Virus record (IMG/VR): IMGVR_UViG_3300027896_000034
Span: 3,256 to 67,255 of that record
Length of the DNA: 64,000 bases
Origin: a virus
Direction: 5' to 3' (one strand)
Each line of letters begins with the position of its first letter. Position 1 is the stretch's first letter. Under the pieces are notes generated by a model. The model did not search any database. It worked only from the letters and a program-made list of their open reading frames with translations, and was not told the DNA's origin. This document shows, piece after piece, positions 9,392 to 20,370 of this stretch. Position numbers and translations under genes: made by a program.

Positions 9392-11118
9392 TTTTTATCA
9401 CATAATCCACAATCTTTATCTTCTGCTGTTAAATCAGTTTTTACTTCTAATTCTGAGTTTACAATATAATCCATTGCATCTGATTCTGACAATCTATTAT
9501 ATATTTGACCTTCCCTAGATCCCTCTACATAAACTGTTACTCCCTTTAAATCATAAATATATTCAAGAAGTAATTTATCTAATTGTTCATATGTTGTTCC
9601 AAATGGTAAATTAATAGTTTTTGAGACTGAATTATCTGTATATTTTTGAACTATTCTTTGGGTTTCAAAATGATCTATAGCTGTTAGATCACCAATATCT
9701 ACAAACCAATCTGGAACTTTAGCACCAGATAATAATAGTTTTTTATATTGAGGATGAATATAAATTCTTTCACTAACTCGGTCAACTCTCTTATAAGCTT
9801 TGTATATTAGTGGTTCTATACCAGAAGATACTTCTGGAATTAAAGATGTAGTTCCAGTTGGTGGTGATGTTAAATATGTAACATTTCTAATACCATTTTT
9901 CTTAATAGATAATCTTAATTCAGCAGGTAATTTTCTAACAAAAGATGAACTACCAAATAAAACTGGATCAAATTTTGGAAATGATCCTTTTTCAATTGCT
10001 AACTCAACCCCAGTTTCATAAGCAACATCTCTTATAAATTTCATTAATCTTTCAATTTCAAAAATTGCTTTTTCAGATCCATATCTAGCTTCTTTAGCAA
10101 ATAAATATTCTGCTAACCCCATAATTCCAAGACCTATTCTTCTTGAATTATGAGCTTTTATATCAAGTTCTTTTAAGGCGTATTTATTAATATCTATAAC
10201 ATTATCCAAAAATCTTATTGCTAATTTTATAGTAGTTTCAAGTTTTTTCCAATTAGTATTAGTGGTTCCAGTAACAAAATTTGGAAGAACTAAAGAACCT
10301 AAATCACAACATCCATACGGTTCCAATGGGATCTCACCACATGGATTTGTTGCAATAACTGGATCATAATAATATGAATTATTCTTTGTTAAATTTGATG
10401 CATTCAATAAACCAGGTTCTGCATGTTTAATCATATTTGTAACAATTAGTTTCCAAATATCTCTAGCAGGAACAGAATTATATTCTTTTTGTTTAAATTT
10501 AAAAGTCCATTTATCATTTCTTTCAACAGCTTTTAAGAAATCATTATTAACTAAAACTGATATATTAAAATGATCTAAAATTCCTTCTGTCATTTTAGCA
10601 TTTATAAAATCTATAATTTCTGGATGAGAGACTTCTACACATCCTAAAGCTGCAGCTCTTCTTTGACCACCACTTTCAATTGTTTTAGATACAGCATTCG
10701 CTGCTTCAATAAAACTAACTAATCCAGAACTTCTTCCACCCTTTCCTAATATTGAATCTCCCTTTGGTCTTAGAGAAGAAAAATTACATCCAGTTCCCCC
10801 GCCTTCACTCCATAAAATTAAACAATCTTTTATAAATTGTCCTATTTCTTCAATTGAATCTCCAATGGGAACAACATAACAATTTAACATACTTCCTTTA
10901 CTCTTACCAGAATTTCTTAATATTCGTCCAGCTGGAATAAAATCCATATTATAAATCATATCAAAAAATTTAGTTTCGTAAATAGATTTATCTTTCTCTA
11001 CAGATGAAACAGCACTTGCAGCTCTCCTTACACATCCTTCCCAATCTTCGCCATTTTCAAAATATCTGGTTTGTGCTACTTTTTGAGCATTTTCAGATAA
11101 TACCACTTTTTTCGACAT
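9388..11118 (-). CDS. nrdJ: ribonucleotide reductase, probably class II (AdoCbl-dependent)
   Basis: PAGRIL, NCYV, ATNPCGEIPL, PPTGTTS, SVSKTIN, C-terminal CxxC; no beta subunit in the window. Confidence 0.85.
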   Translation of the reverse strand: MSKKVVLSENAQKVAQTRYFENGEDWEGCVRRAASAVSSVEKDKSIYETKFFDMIYNMDFIPAGRILRNSGKSKGSMLNCYVVPIGDSIEEIGQFIKDCLILWSEGGGTGCNFSSLRPKGDSILGKGGRSSGLVSFIEAANAVSKTIESGGQRRAAALGCVEVSHPEIIDFINAKMTEGILDHFNISVLVNNDFLKAVERNDKWTFKFKQKEYNSVPARDIWKLIVTNMIKHAEPGLLNASNLTKNNSYYYDPVIATNPCGEIPLEPYGCCDLGSLVLPNFVTGTTNTNWKKLETTIKLAIRFLDNVIDINKYALKELDIKAHNSRRIGLGIMGLAEYLFAKEARYGSEKAIFEIERLMKFIRDVAYETGVELAIEKGSFPKFDPVLFGSSSFVRKLPAELRLSIKKNGIRNVTYLTSPPTGTTSLIPEVSSGIEPLIYKAYKRVDRVSERIYIHPQYKKLLLSGAKVPDWFVDIGDLTAIDHFETQRIVQKYTDNSVSKTINLPFGTTYEQLDKLLLEYIYDLKGVTVYVEGSREGQIYNRLSESDAMDYIVNSELEVKTDLTAEDKDCGLCDKK

Positions 11119-11157
11119 TATTAATTCTCCTTTATTTTATATAAATATGTTCAATAA

Positions 11158-11478
11158 CTATTTTTTTATTTCTTTTTTATGTTGTATAATCTCTTTTATA
11201 TTATTAGAAACAATAGCGCTATATAATCCTACCAATATTTTACTTGTATTTTTTGGATCTTCTTCTTTATAAATCATACCCATACAAAATAACGTTGTTA
11301 TAATCTTAACAATTCCAAAACATTTTTTCTTAATAAAAAAATTAACTATTGGATTTAACTCTTTACCACCAGTTTTTAAAATCTTTTTAGTTGTAACATA
11401 ATCTGCTACATTTAATGCTCCAAATGTTAATGCCATAATAGAACTTTTATTAAAAATTTTTTCACTATTTTTATCCAT
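11158..11478 (-). CDS. small membrane protein (DUF5658-like)
   Basis: D..TT....GG.ELNPI motif with hydrophobic helices. Confidence 0.6.
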   Translation of the reverse strand: MDKNSEKIFNKSSIMALTFGALNVADYVTTKKILKTGGKELNPIVNFFIKKKCFGIVKIITTLFCMGMIYKEEDPKNTSKILVGLYSAIVSNNIKEIIQHKKEIKK

Positions 11479-12679
11479 TATTTTTTAACCTCTTCTCAAA
11501 AAAATACCAGTATCTATTCGGATACTCACTTGATTTTGTATCTATTAATTTCCAATTTTTTGCCATTGAAATTAAAAAATTATTTCTTGTATATTTTTCA
11601 TCTAGTTCCCAATCTTTTATACAACAATCAGTTTTATTAATATATTCAATTATTGCATATTTATTACAAATTTTATTCCATAACTCACATTGTTTTTTAA
11701 AGTCAAAACCACTTTTATATAAATGATGAATTATAGAAGAACAGAATACAACATCAGATGCTATTTTTCTTTTCCATTCTTTTCCTAATACACTATTATA
11801 TTTTTTTGTTATATCCATTTTTACACAAAAGATCTTTGTATTTTTACTATTATTATATAATTTATCTAAAACATATTCACTATTATCAATAGCTATAACA
11901 TTATATTTTTTTTTGCTAAATAAATGAGAAAATTCTCCAGAACAACAACCAACATCAATAATAGATTTAATATCTTTCTTTGATTTTAACCAGTTAAATA
12001 CAATATTAAATTCATAATCTAAATGAGCTGCATTTGAATAATCTCCCCAAGGACCTTTATCTAATTCAATATTAATTTTATTGATATCTTCTAGTAATAT
12101 ATTCCAATTATTTTTAAAAGTAAGACCAAATTTATTTATCATTTTTTGAACATGATCATTTATCCAGTCTCCTTTTTTTGTAGAAAAAGAACCAACATCT
12201 ACATATACTGGTTTATAGTGATCAAACCCAAAATTAAACCAATTTACATCTGTTAAAACATATTCACTTTTAAACTCTTCTAATAATATAGATATTTTAC
12301 ACATTAATCTTAAGCAATCTATTTCTTGACTAATTGTTTTAAAATTATCACCAAAATCATCATATAAACAATAAACTTCATCAATAATTTTATAAATATC
12401 CCCATCTAAATAACCTTCTAATTTCATATCTGTTAGTTCATAGTTAGGAATAAATCCTTGTTTCATTAGTTCTTGAAATTCATTAGTATTCATAAATTCT
12501 TGAATTTTACTCCATCTTTCTTCTTGAATATTAGAATTAATAATTAATCTATATAAAGAGTTATTAAATCTAAAAACCCAGTTAACATCTCTATCATTAT
12601 CAATTTCTAAAATTCTACCATCATGAATAATAGGATAATCAGTAGAAGGAATAATATCTTTTAAACTAATTAAATTCAT
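11471..12679 (-). CDS. SAM-dependent methyltransferase with kinase-like N-terminal domain (NoeA-like)
   Basis: DVNWFN..YVDVGSF followed by IIDVGCCSGEFS, IAID, SIIHHL. Confidence 0.65.
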   Translation of the reverse strand: MNLISLKDIIPSTDYPIIHDGRILEIDNDRDVNWVFRFNNSLYRLIINSNIQEERWSKIQEFMNTNEFQELMKQGFIPNYELTDMKLEGYLDGDIYKIIDEVYCLYDDFGDNFKTISQEIDCLRLMCKISILLEEFKSEYVLTDVNWFNFGFDHYKPVYVDVGSFSTKKGDWINDHVQKMINKFGLTFKNNWNILLEDINKINIELDKGPWGDYSNAAHLDYEFNIVFNWLKSKKDIKSIIDVGCCSGEFSHLFSKKKYNVIAIDNSEYVLDKLYNNSKNTKIFCVKMDITKKYNSVLGKEWKRKIASDVVFCSSIIHHLYKSGFDFKKQCELWNKICNKYAIIEYINKTDCCIKDWELDEKYTRNNFLISMAKNWKLIDTKSSEYPNRYWYFFEKRLKNNG

Positions 12680-13089
12680 TCTATTTCCTTTTTTCCTTTA
12701 AAAAACATATACATTCTTTTTTTATGTTCTTTATATCCTCCAAAAACAGAAACATTTATAAAATGATGAAGTCCTTTTAATTTAGATCCTTGAAAATTAA
12801 CTGCCATTCTGGTTACTTTAAAGGTTATAACATCACAACTCCCACCATCAATTTTTTTAATTACACCAGCACCATACTCTCCTTCTGGAACAGTTCCTGT
12901 AAATAATGCATTTTCTTCACTATGATCAGTTGTTCTTATACAAGTAAATTTTTCACCTTGTTTTAAATCTAATGGATTTTTTCTAAAAGCATAAGACGCC
13001 CAATTACTAGAATCTGGCATCTCAAATCTTAAATCCCAATGAAGACCAGCTTTCTTAGCTTTATGTTCAACTAGAATAAATTTAGACAT
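12676..13089 (-). CDS. stand-alone LigD 3'-phosphoesterase domain
   Basis: EHKA..LHWDLRFE, TTDHS, FTGTVPEGEYGAG. Confidence 0.85.
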   Translation of the reverse strand: MSKFILVEHKAKKAGLHWDLRFEMPDSSNWASYAFRKNPLDLKQGEKFTCIRTTDHSEENALFTGTVPEGEYGAGVIKKIDGGSCDVITFKVTRMAVNFQGSKLKGLHHFINVSVFGGYKEHKKRMYMFFKGKKEIE

Positions 13090-13559
13090 TATTTTACCTC
13101 TTGTTGGATTGCGTATTTAGCTAAAGAAAATGCATCTGCTAAATCGTCACTATCAAATTCAACTCCAAATTTTTTATATACATGCAACAACATTAAATTC
13201 TTTTTACATTGTCCATTTCCAGTTATAAATTTTTTAATTGTTGTAGGAGCTATAGGTTTAAATTTTATATTATTTTGATGTAAAAACATTCTAATAAAAA
13301 AATTAACTCCAGCTAATTCAAATGAACTTTGTCCCCTACTAGCATATGATATTCCTTCAATATAAACAACTACAATATCATCTATAATATCTTTAATAAA
13401 AGATATTTGATTTAAAATATAACAAACTCTTTCCTCATAACTTTTAAAATTTTCTGGTTTTGTTTTTATTAATTTTTTATCTAAAATATTTCCTTTTTCA
13501 TCTAAAATCATAACTGCAGAACTTGAAATCGATGGGTCTATACCTATAAATTTTTTCAC
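13089..13559 (-). CDS. RuvC-like Holliday junction resolvase
   Basis: IGIDPS, YIEG, PTTIKKFITGNG, DDLADA. Confidence 0.85.
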   Translation of the reverse strand: MKKFIGIDPSISSSAVMILDEKGNILDKKLIKTKPENFKSYEERVCYILNQISFIKDIIDDIVVVYIEGISYASRGQSSFELAGVNFFIRMFLHQNNIKFKPIAPTTIKKFITGNGQCKKNLMLLHVYKKFGVEFDSDDLADAFSLAKYAIQQEVK

Positions 13560-13691
13560 TTTTTATTTTTTTCCTTTCTTAATTTTTTAACTTGTTTTTT
13601 AAGAATATCATTTACAGCATATTCTATTAACTTTTCTTCTTCATTTCTATTTAAATCAATTGTAACTAGGGCACTACCATCTTTTTGTTCT

Positions 13692-13907
13692 TTAATTCTG
13701 ATCACTTTCATATTTTTCACCTTTATATTTTTTTAAATGAATTTCATACATAACTATATCTTGAGGATAATTATCATTCTCATTAGCGCTATCACCAGGT
13801 AAAGATAAATAAATATTGGTTAGATCATCAGATTTAAGATCTTTATTCCAACTACAATTTAAAAGAAATAAAATTGTTAATATTAATACTACTAACAATT
13901 TTTTCAT
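13692..13907 (-). CDS. putative small lipoprotein
   Basis: MKK, hydrophobic stretch, then LNC. Confidence 0.5.
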   Translation of the reverse strand: MKKLLVVLILTILFLLNCSWNKDLKSDDLTNIYLSLPGDSANENDNYPQDIVMYEIHLKKYKGEKYESDQN

Positions 13908-13919
13908 TTTTTGTGTTCC

Positions 13920-14639
13920 TTATCCTATATTTAAAACTATATTTGTCATAATACTTGTATTGAGTTTATCTATAATTGCTGCTCTTTTTTCTTTACCTTC
14001 GTCCCCGATCTCAGCACTAATTGGAATATCCCCAAAAGGAGTCTTTAAATTTCCATCATATTTCTTTCTAATTCTTCCTATTAATATCATGATATCTGCA
14101 CAAGCAAGATCACAAAATAACATTTGAAGATCATTAGGAATTTTGCTTAAATCTTTTGGTTGAGATCTCTCGTATTCTATTGCTACCCAGTGTTCAGAAG
14201 ATAATGGCGATGGAGAAATTCTAACTATATTTGGAGATTTAAACTCATATGTATAATCCCAATTTGAAAATTGCTTCATCCAACCAGCAACTTCAACATC
14301 AAGTATCCATGATCTAAGTTCTCCAAAACTCATAGGACCAAATGGAGGATGCCCAAACATATATAAGTTTGCTCCAGAAAAATAAATATTAGCTATTCCA
14401 AAAATTTCTAATCCTAGTTCATCTTCAATATAATATTCATTTCCTTTTCCAGGAACTTTATTTGCTGGTGCACCAAGATTATATCCTATAGTTACAACAT
14501 CAGGAATATAATAAGAAAATTCTCTAAGTGAAAAAGTTGTTACATGTTCTAATATTTGTTGATCTGTATATTCTATCATTTGATACGGGAAACCCAAATT
14601 AACTTTTATATATTCTAAAACTCTACTTTGATTTAACAT
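13920..14639 (-). CDS. neck protein, T4 gp13-like
   Basis: YIKVNLGFPYQMIEYTDQQI N-terminus; GRIRKKY motif. Confidence 0.7.
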   Translation of the reverse strand: MLNQSRVLEYIKVNLGFPYQMIEYTDQQILEHVTTFSLREFSYYIPDVVTIGYNLGAPANKVPGKGNEYYIEDELGLEIFGIANIYFSGANLYMFGHPPFGPMSFGELRSWILDVEVAGWMKQFSNWDYTYEFKSPNIVRISPSPLSSEHWVAIEYERSQPKDLSKIPNDLQMLFCDLACADIMILIGRIRKKYDGNLKTPFGDIPISAEIGDEGKEKRAAIIDKLNTSIMTNIVLNIG

Positions 14640-14641
14640 AA

Positions 14642-15790
14642 TTAAAAATCTCCTTGAGTGTAACTAGAGGTAGGATTTTTATAATATAAAGAATCATACT
14701 CGTTAGTTACGAAAACTCCTGTTTTATTTAAAGCGTCGGTTAATATATTTAATTCTGTAACTTTCTTATTTTTTATGGAATCTTCAATAACTTTTCTTTT
14801 TTCAATTAATTCTGTTGAGTTTGGATTATCTAAAAATCTTGATAGAACTTCAAAACTAACTAATTTTAAATTTCTTGAAACTATATCTATATTTTCTACT
14901 ACAGTTCTCATATATTTGTTCTGAATTTTACATGATTCTAAAGCAAGAATAGGTTTTTCTAATAGTACATTATTATATATTTCATTAATTCCACCACATT
15001 CTCCAACAAAATCTTCAATAAATTTTTCTATTGTTTTTGGACCTATTCCTTTAATACCATCAACATTATCTCCTGGGTCTCCAATAATAGCCATAATCAG
15101 TGGAAGATATTCATCCGGATAATTCTTTGTATATTTAAGATAATGTTTTAAAACATTTCCTGATTTTATTAATTTTTTTCCAGATTGAGTTTTTGAGAAT
15201 AAATAAGTATTTTTATTTATACATTGTAACATATCATGATCATTTGAATAAACTATATTTGCAGCATTAGTTTCATCTATCAATTTATTTCTAGTTAGAT
15301 AATAAGGAACAAAATCAGCTTCTAAATTTTGTAATCTTATAACATAAGTATCTGGTAATCTACTAGCTGCTTTTTCAATTAATAAGAAATTTTTCTGTAA
15401 TACTTCAAAAAAGTAATCTCTCTTTTCTTTATCTAATCCATAAAGATCATCTACTCTTCTAGAAATCTTATATTTTTTCCATATATTTGTATGAAAATAA
15501 GAATGACCAGATTCAAAAAATATATAAAAATTTATATCTATATGTCTACTAGCAGAATATACTTTATGAAAAGTTAGAAAAGAAATTAATGATGAAAATA
15601 CAGAAGTATCTATAAATTTAGAATTTAAAGAATTTTCAATTATTCCTTCTATAGCATGTTTCATATAAGTTGTTTGAAGATTATTTTTAAGATCAAAAAA
15701 TAAATTTAATTTTTTACATCCACTTTCAGATATTACCTCATCTAGAATAGCATAGTTTGGATAATAACTTAGTAAATTTTCATAACCCAT
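14642..15790 (-). CDS. 5'-3' exonuclease / flap endonuclease (T4 RNase H-like)
   Basis: LEADF, SNDHDMLQ, GDPGDNVDGIKGIGPKT. Confidence 0.85.
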   Translation of the reverse strand: MGYENLLSYYPNYAILDEVISESGCKKLNLFFDLKNNLQTTYMKHAIEGIIENSLNSKFIDTSVFSSLISFLTFHKVYSASRHIDINFYIFFESGHSYFHTNIWKKYKISRRVDDLYGLDKEKRDYFFEVLQKNFLLIEKAASRLPDTYVIRLQNLEADFVPYYLTRNKLIDETNAANIVYSNDHDMLQCINKNTYLFSKTQSGKKLIKSGNVLKHYLKYTKNYPDEYLPLIMAIIGDPGDNVDGIKGIGPKTIEKFIEDFVGECGGINEIYNNVLLEKPILALESCKIQNKYMRTVVENIDIVSRNLKLVSFEVLSRFLDNPNSTELIEKRKVIEDSIKNKKVTELNILTDALNKTGVFVTNEYDSLYYKNPTSSYTQGDF

Positions 15791-15971
15791 TTTTTATTTT
15801 ATCCTCTATTTTTTTTAGTATATCTTTTTCAGTAAGTCTATCTTTAATCATAACTATAACCAAAACAATGGAATATATAGCCCAAAATCCAGTTGAAAAT
15901 GTATCAATCCCTATCTTATTTAAAACTATACCAAGTAATATCCAAAAAAATAAGTATAATAAAGTAAACAT
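15780..15971 (-). CDS. small membrane protein
   Basis: two hydrophobic helices. Confidence 0.5.
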   Translation of the reverse strand: MFTLLYLFFWILLGIVLNKIGIDTFSTGFWAIYSIVLVIVMIKDRLTEKDILKKIEDKIKNGL

Positions 15972-15972
15972 T

Positions 15973-16299
15973 TTATTTTTTTTGATCTATTCTTTCTTGA
16001 ATTAATCCTTCAAGTAAAAATAAATAATTAATGTTATCATTAATTTTTTCATCTAATATTTCTTTAGAAGGTAGTTTTTGATCAGCTTCATTAATTATAT
16101 CAATAATAGAAACTAAATGCTTAGTCCACATTCCCAATAAAGCTTTTTCTGGCGTAATATTTTCTAAAGTAGCTGCTCTTTTAAAATTATAAAGTTTATC
16201 ACCACCTCTAGAATACTCAGCATCTTTTGGACCAAGCATTAATTTAGAACAACTTTCAAATCTATTATTAACAAGCTCCCTGAATTTAGATAACTCCAT
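15973..16299 (-). CDS. nucleotide-modification-associated (Nmad1/DUF1599-like) helical protein
   Basis: K.AEYS....LYNF, KH, EKINDNINY pattern. Confidence 0.55.
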   Translation of the reverse strand: MELSKFRELVNNRFESCSKLMLGPKDAEYSRGGDKLYNFKRAATLENITPEKALLGMWTKHLVSIIDIINEADQKLPSKEILDEKINDNINYLFLLEGLIQERIDQKK

Positions 16300-16302
16300 A
16301 TT

Positions 16303-17040
16303 TTACTCCAATTCTTCTTCATTAAAAACTAATTTACCTCTTGTATACAAGTTAATATTTATATCTGAAATTGTAGTTGAAAATCTACTCAAAACTCTAT
16401 CCTCTCCATTTCTAAACATTTCAAATAAAATATCCCCATCATGATCTATAATAAAAGGAATAGAAATTAAATTAGTTTTACAAACTATTTCTTGTTCAGT
16501 TCTTATATCACTAATAAAACTAGAATCTAAATCCTTAGATACAGTTGTAGTTGTTAAAGATGCTTCATTCCCAGTAAAAGCAACTTGAACATTTTCAACA
16601 TGAAATCCCATAGTTACAACTTTAATTCTCTCAGAAATAATTGGAATTATTGGAGTGCTAAGTATTAAATCTTCTCTATTAGTTGACATAACATTATTTA
16701 AATCTTCAGCAGAAATAAATTTATTATCTATAAAATCTTTATCTGGAACTTTAATTGTTAAAGATGAATACATATCTGAAAATTGAAAAGTTGTAGTATT
16801 ATTTTCAATAGAGACATTTTGACCAATAAAAATTCTAAATAAATCAAGTTTTTCCTTTAGGTGAGATATTGGAACATTTAAATTTCCAATAACTGAATTT
16901 AAATCTACTTCAAAAACAACCAATTCATTATTTGTTTTTTGTCTAATAACTCCTTCCCTAATATCAACATCATTACATAAATCTTTAAAAATTGAAATAC
17001 ATCTCATAAATTCGCTAAATTTCGTTAAATCTAAATTCAT
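16303..17040 (-). CDS. sliding clamp (gp45/PCNA-like)
   Basis: 245 aa, beta-rich; N-terminus resembles gp45/PCNA; near clamp loader and primase. Confidence 0.55.
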   Translation of the reverse strand: MNLDLTKFSEFMRCISIFKDLCNDVDIREGVIRQKTNNELVVFEVDLNSVIGNLNVPISHLKEKLDLFRIFIGQNVSIENNTTTFQFSDMYSSLTIKVPDKDFIDNKFISAEDLNNVMSTNREDLILSTPIIPIISERIKVVTMGFHVENVQVAFTGNEASLTTTTVSKDLDSSFISDIRTEQEIVCKTNLISIPFIIDHDGDILFEMFRNGEDRVLSRFSTTISDININLYTRGKLVFNEEELE

Positions 17041-17447
17041 TCTTCATTCTCCTTTATTTTTTTTATAAACGTTACATATGAAAATTTATCTTCTTTTACT
17101 TCTTTAAAACTTACATAATCTAAATTTATAAAACACTCTTCCATAATTTTTAAAACATCCATAACTTTTTCAGATGGATGTTTTTTATCTTCTGAGTCTA
17201 CTTTCTTTAAAGAAAAAGGAACAGAAAATATTATTATAATTGAATCTTCTCCTTCAAATTCACAATTAAATAAACACATATTAAAATTAAACATTTTATG
17301 TATTTTATTTAATGATGTTGCTTTACATAACAATGAGTAATAATCTATATCTTCTATATCCTTTATTTGAACTTTATCTCCTGATTCAATAGTCTCGTTG
17401 TAAATATTTCTAATCCTCTCAATGTGAGATAACTTAGAAGATGTCAT
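17037..17447 (-). CDS. hypothetical protein
   Basis: ORF in the replication operon. Confidence 0.6.
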   Translation of the reverse strand: MTSSKLSHIERIRNIYNETIESGDKVQIKDIEDIDYYSLLCKATSLNKIHKMFNFNMCLFNCEFEGEDSIIIIFSVPFSLKKVDSEDKKHPSEKVMDVLKIMEECFINLDYVSFKEVKEDKFSYVTFIKKIKENEE

Positions 17448-17464
17448 TATTTGGATTCTCCTTT

Positions 17465-18448
17465 TTAAATTATAAATTTTTCTATAGAAGCAGGAACATC
17501 AGCAAAATCTTTTCCTCTTCTATTATAATATACTGTTAAAGAATCAATTATATGATTATTGAATCTTTTTAATTTCTTATAATAATCTAAACTTATACCA
17601 TTATCTGAAATAACATGAACATTTAATCTAAAAATATTTTCATAAAAAACTACACTTTTGCAAAGTGAATCATAAAAAGTAGATAAACCTGCAGCATATA
17701 ATTTTACTTTATCTCGTAAATTAATGGAATCAAATATATGTTCTAGAACTACATCAAATATTCCCTCCCCAAGAATTACAATATTCGAATTATAATCAGG
17801 TCCAAATACTTTATAATAATCAGTAAATACAGGATTATAAATATTAAATTTATAATGTCTAAAACTTGATTCTATATCTATATTTCTAAAAACTATAATT
17901 GAATTATGTTCAGTTGTAAAACCAATAAAATTAGAATGTAAATATTCTTTAATCTTAAAAAGTTTTGGATCTATTGGAATATTATTAATATCAAAAAAAG
18001 AGTTTACATCAAAAATTAATCCTTTTATATTATTTAAATTCATCTGATTAAATCTTAATCTCTTTTTAAGATATAATGATTTTAACTTAAATTTATCTTC
18101 ATTTATTTCTGGAAATTTTAATTCTATTTGATTATGATTATATTTAGAAACTTTAATTACTGTTTGTGGTAATTTTGAAATTTCATTTTTATCTACATAT
18201 TTTTCAGAAGTATCATTACCAGATATCTTCTCAAAAAGTTTTGAAATTATTCCACTTTTATTACATCCTGCATGAAAACAATGAAAAATTGGTGCATCTA
18301 AAGCTATATAAAAATGATAGTGATCTTTTTTGGTATTATATTCACACCAAGGACAACTGGTAATTATATTCTTTCCAGTTATTTTTGGTTCAACTCCTAA
18401 ATTATCTCTTAAATAATTTAGAAAAGAATCTTGATAAATTCCTATCAT
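17465..18448 (-). CDS. DNA primase (gp61-like)
   Basis: CPWC..H..CFHAGC zinc finger; Toprim EGIFD, SDNG, KDF. Confidence 0.75.
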   Translation of the reverse strand: MIGIYQDSFLNYLRDNLGVEPKITGKNIITSCPWCEYNTKKDHYHFYIALDAPIFHCFHAGCNKSGIISKLFEKISGNDTSEKYVDKNEISKLPQTVIKVSKYNHNQIELKFPEINEDKFKLKSLYLKKRLRFNQMNLNNIKGLIFDVNSFFDINNIPIDPKLFKIKEYLHSNFIGFTTEHNSIIVFRNIDIESSFRHYKFNIYNPVFTDYYKVFGPDYNSNIVILGEGIFDVVLEHIFDSINLRDKVKLYAAGLSTFYDSLCKSVVFYENIFRLNVHVISDNGISLDYYKKLKRFNNHIIDSLTVYYNRRGKDFADVPASIEKFII

Positions 18449-18795
18449 TAAACATCTCCTACTATTGCGTCAACCCAATCTGCGAATCCTTTTCCTTTAC
18501 ACTTACTACATCTAATCCCAAAAAGATATCCATACCCTTTACAATTTTTACATATATAAAAAGGATATGATAATTTTAAATCAAATTTTTCTACTCCACT
18601 TCCTTTACATATATTACAATAATCTTCTTGAGTTCCTTGTAAATTTGGATATTTATAATGATTTAATCCAGTTCCTTTACATTTTTTACATCCTTGTAAT
18701 TGTTCTACATTTCCAGCTTTAAATTGTTTTGAAATAAATTTTTTAAAATCATCAAATCTTGAAGATGGTTCCTCTCCATAATAGACTTCACTCAT
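18448..18795 (-). CDS. DnaJ-type zinc-finger protein (CxxCxGxG x4)
   Basis: four CxxCKG repeats ending ADWVDAIVG. Confidence 0.7.
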   Translation of the reverse strand: MSEVYYGEEPSSRFDDFKKFISKQFKAGNVEQLQGCKKCKGTGLNHYKYPNLQGTQEDYCNICKGSGVEKFDLKLSYPFYICKNCKGYGYLFGIRCSKCKGKGFADWVDAIVGDV

Positions 18796-19775
18796 TTTTT
18801 TCCTACCATTTGATTATATTGTTTCATTGTTTTTATCATATCAAATATCATTGCTGAGAAATGCAAATTTGGTAATAAACAATCTTTATGAGAATTAGCA
18901 TATTTATTAATAACTATCTTAGCTTGAATTGGAACATCTTTATTAAAAAACAAATCAGAATATATTGCTCTAAAATCTAGATCAATTTCATTTAGATATT
19001 TTACTATATTAGATAAGTTTGAACTTATTTTATGATCTTCATTATTTTTTATAAAATTTATAATTTCTAATGCGTTTCCTATAACTATTTTTTCATTAGT
19101 TAAAACTGAATCTTTATTTACTCTTAAAGAACCAGTCATTGAATTCTTTTGTAAACATTGAACTATCTTTCTAATATCAGGATACAAATTTCCTACAACA
19201 TATTTTAACTGTTGTTCATCAAATTTAACATTTTCAGTATTTAAAATTTTAGAACAATAAGATTCTACAAATTCTACTGGCATCCTTTTAAATTCATATG
19301 GTTGTGTTCTACTGACTATTGCATCGGGTATTTTAGAAACATAATTACATGTAAAAATAAATCTTGCATATTTTTCAAATTTTTCAATAGTTCCCCTTAA
19401 AGAATGAGCAGCTTCATCTGTAAGATAATCTGCTTCATCAATAAATATTATTTTTTGTTTATCAGGATTAGCTGGAGGGATTTTAAAATATGGTTCTATA
19501 ATATCATTTACAAATGATATTCCTCTAGTTGACTTACTACTTCCATTTATTGTTAAACAATTATCTTTTGGATTTTGTAATACTCCATTCTTAGATGTTA
19601 AAATTCTTGCAATACAAGATTTTCCAGAACCAGGAGGTCCATAAAATAAAAGATTATTTACTTCTTGGTTTTTAATACAAATTACAAAATCTTCCCTATA
19701 TTCATTTGGAAGAATCATATCTTCTAATTTATTAGGTCGATATTTTTCTACCCACAGACTGTTCAATATTTCCAC
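18792..19775 (-). CDS. clamp loader ATPase (gp44/RFC small subunit-like)
   Basis: LWVEKYRP, GPPGSGKS, IFIDEAD, FIFTCNY, SRT. Confidence 0.9.
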   Translation of the reverse strand: MEILNSLWVEKYRPNKLEDMILPNEYREDFVICIKNQEVNNLLFYGPPGSGKSCIARILTSKNGVLQNPKDNCLTINGSSKSTRGISFVNDIIEPYFKIPPANPDKQKIIFIDEADYLTDEAAHSLRGTIEKFEKYARFIFTCNYVSKIPDAIVSRTQPYEFKRMPVEFVESYCSKILNTENVKFDEQQLKYVVGNLYPDIRKIVQCLQKNSMTGSLRVNKDSVLTNEKIVIGNALEIINFIKNNEDHKISSNLSNIVKYLNEIDLDFRAIYSDLFFNKDVPIQAKIVINKYANSHKDCLLPNLHFSAMIFDMIKTMKQYNQMVGKK

Positions 19776-19956
19776 TATTCTCTCCTTCTTTATTACATTC
19801 TAAACATCCAAAAACTGGATTAATAATTTCTCCACATATATTGCATGAATAAATTGCTACTGGTGATTTACCACTCAGTAAATTATTTCTAAAAAAATTT
19901 CTTTCATCTTCATCATTATGAATATTATTTATTTTTCTCCATTCACTAATTTTCAT
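19732..19956 (-). CDS. small zinc-ribbon protein
   Basis: CNIC...CLEC. Confidence 0.5.
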   Translation of the reverse strand: MKISEWRKINNIHNDEDERNFFRNNLLSGKSPVAIYSCNICGEIINPVFGCLECNKEGENSGNIEQSVGRKIST

Positions 19957-19971
19957 TATTTATATGTTCTC

Positions 19972-20370
19972 CTAACATTTATATCCATCTGCTTGCATTA
20001 AAAAATGTTTTTCAGATTGATATTTTACAAAATCTTTAATAACTTTCTCAGCTTTTTTGCTTTCAAATAACTCAAAAGCTTGATCTCCATCTAAATAATT
20101 TCCAGTATCATCAAATATAAATGCTTCTGTAACAAATATTTTAAAACCTTTAATCTCATTTAAAGTTAGAGCAATAATTACAGCATCTTCTATTCTACTT
20201 GAAACATGAAAAGAAATAGAAATATCTTTTCTTTTTTGATTTATTATAATTATTGAATCTTGTGTTGCTATCATATATTCATTATTATCTTCATCTAATT
20301 CTTTTTCATTTACTATTTCAATATTTATTTTTTGTAGTTTATCAGTAACTAAATCTTTTATTTTATTCAT
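19972..20370 (-). CDS. hypothetical protein
   Basis: coupled ORF. Confidence 0.6.
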   Translation of the reverse strand: MNKIKDLVTDKLQKINIEIVNEKELDEDNNEYMIATQDSIIIINQKRKDISISFHVSSRIEDAVIIALTLNEIKGFKIFVTEAFIFDDTGNYLDGDQAFELFESKKAEKVIKDFVKYQSEKHFLMQADGYKC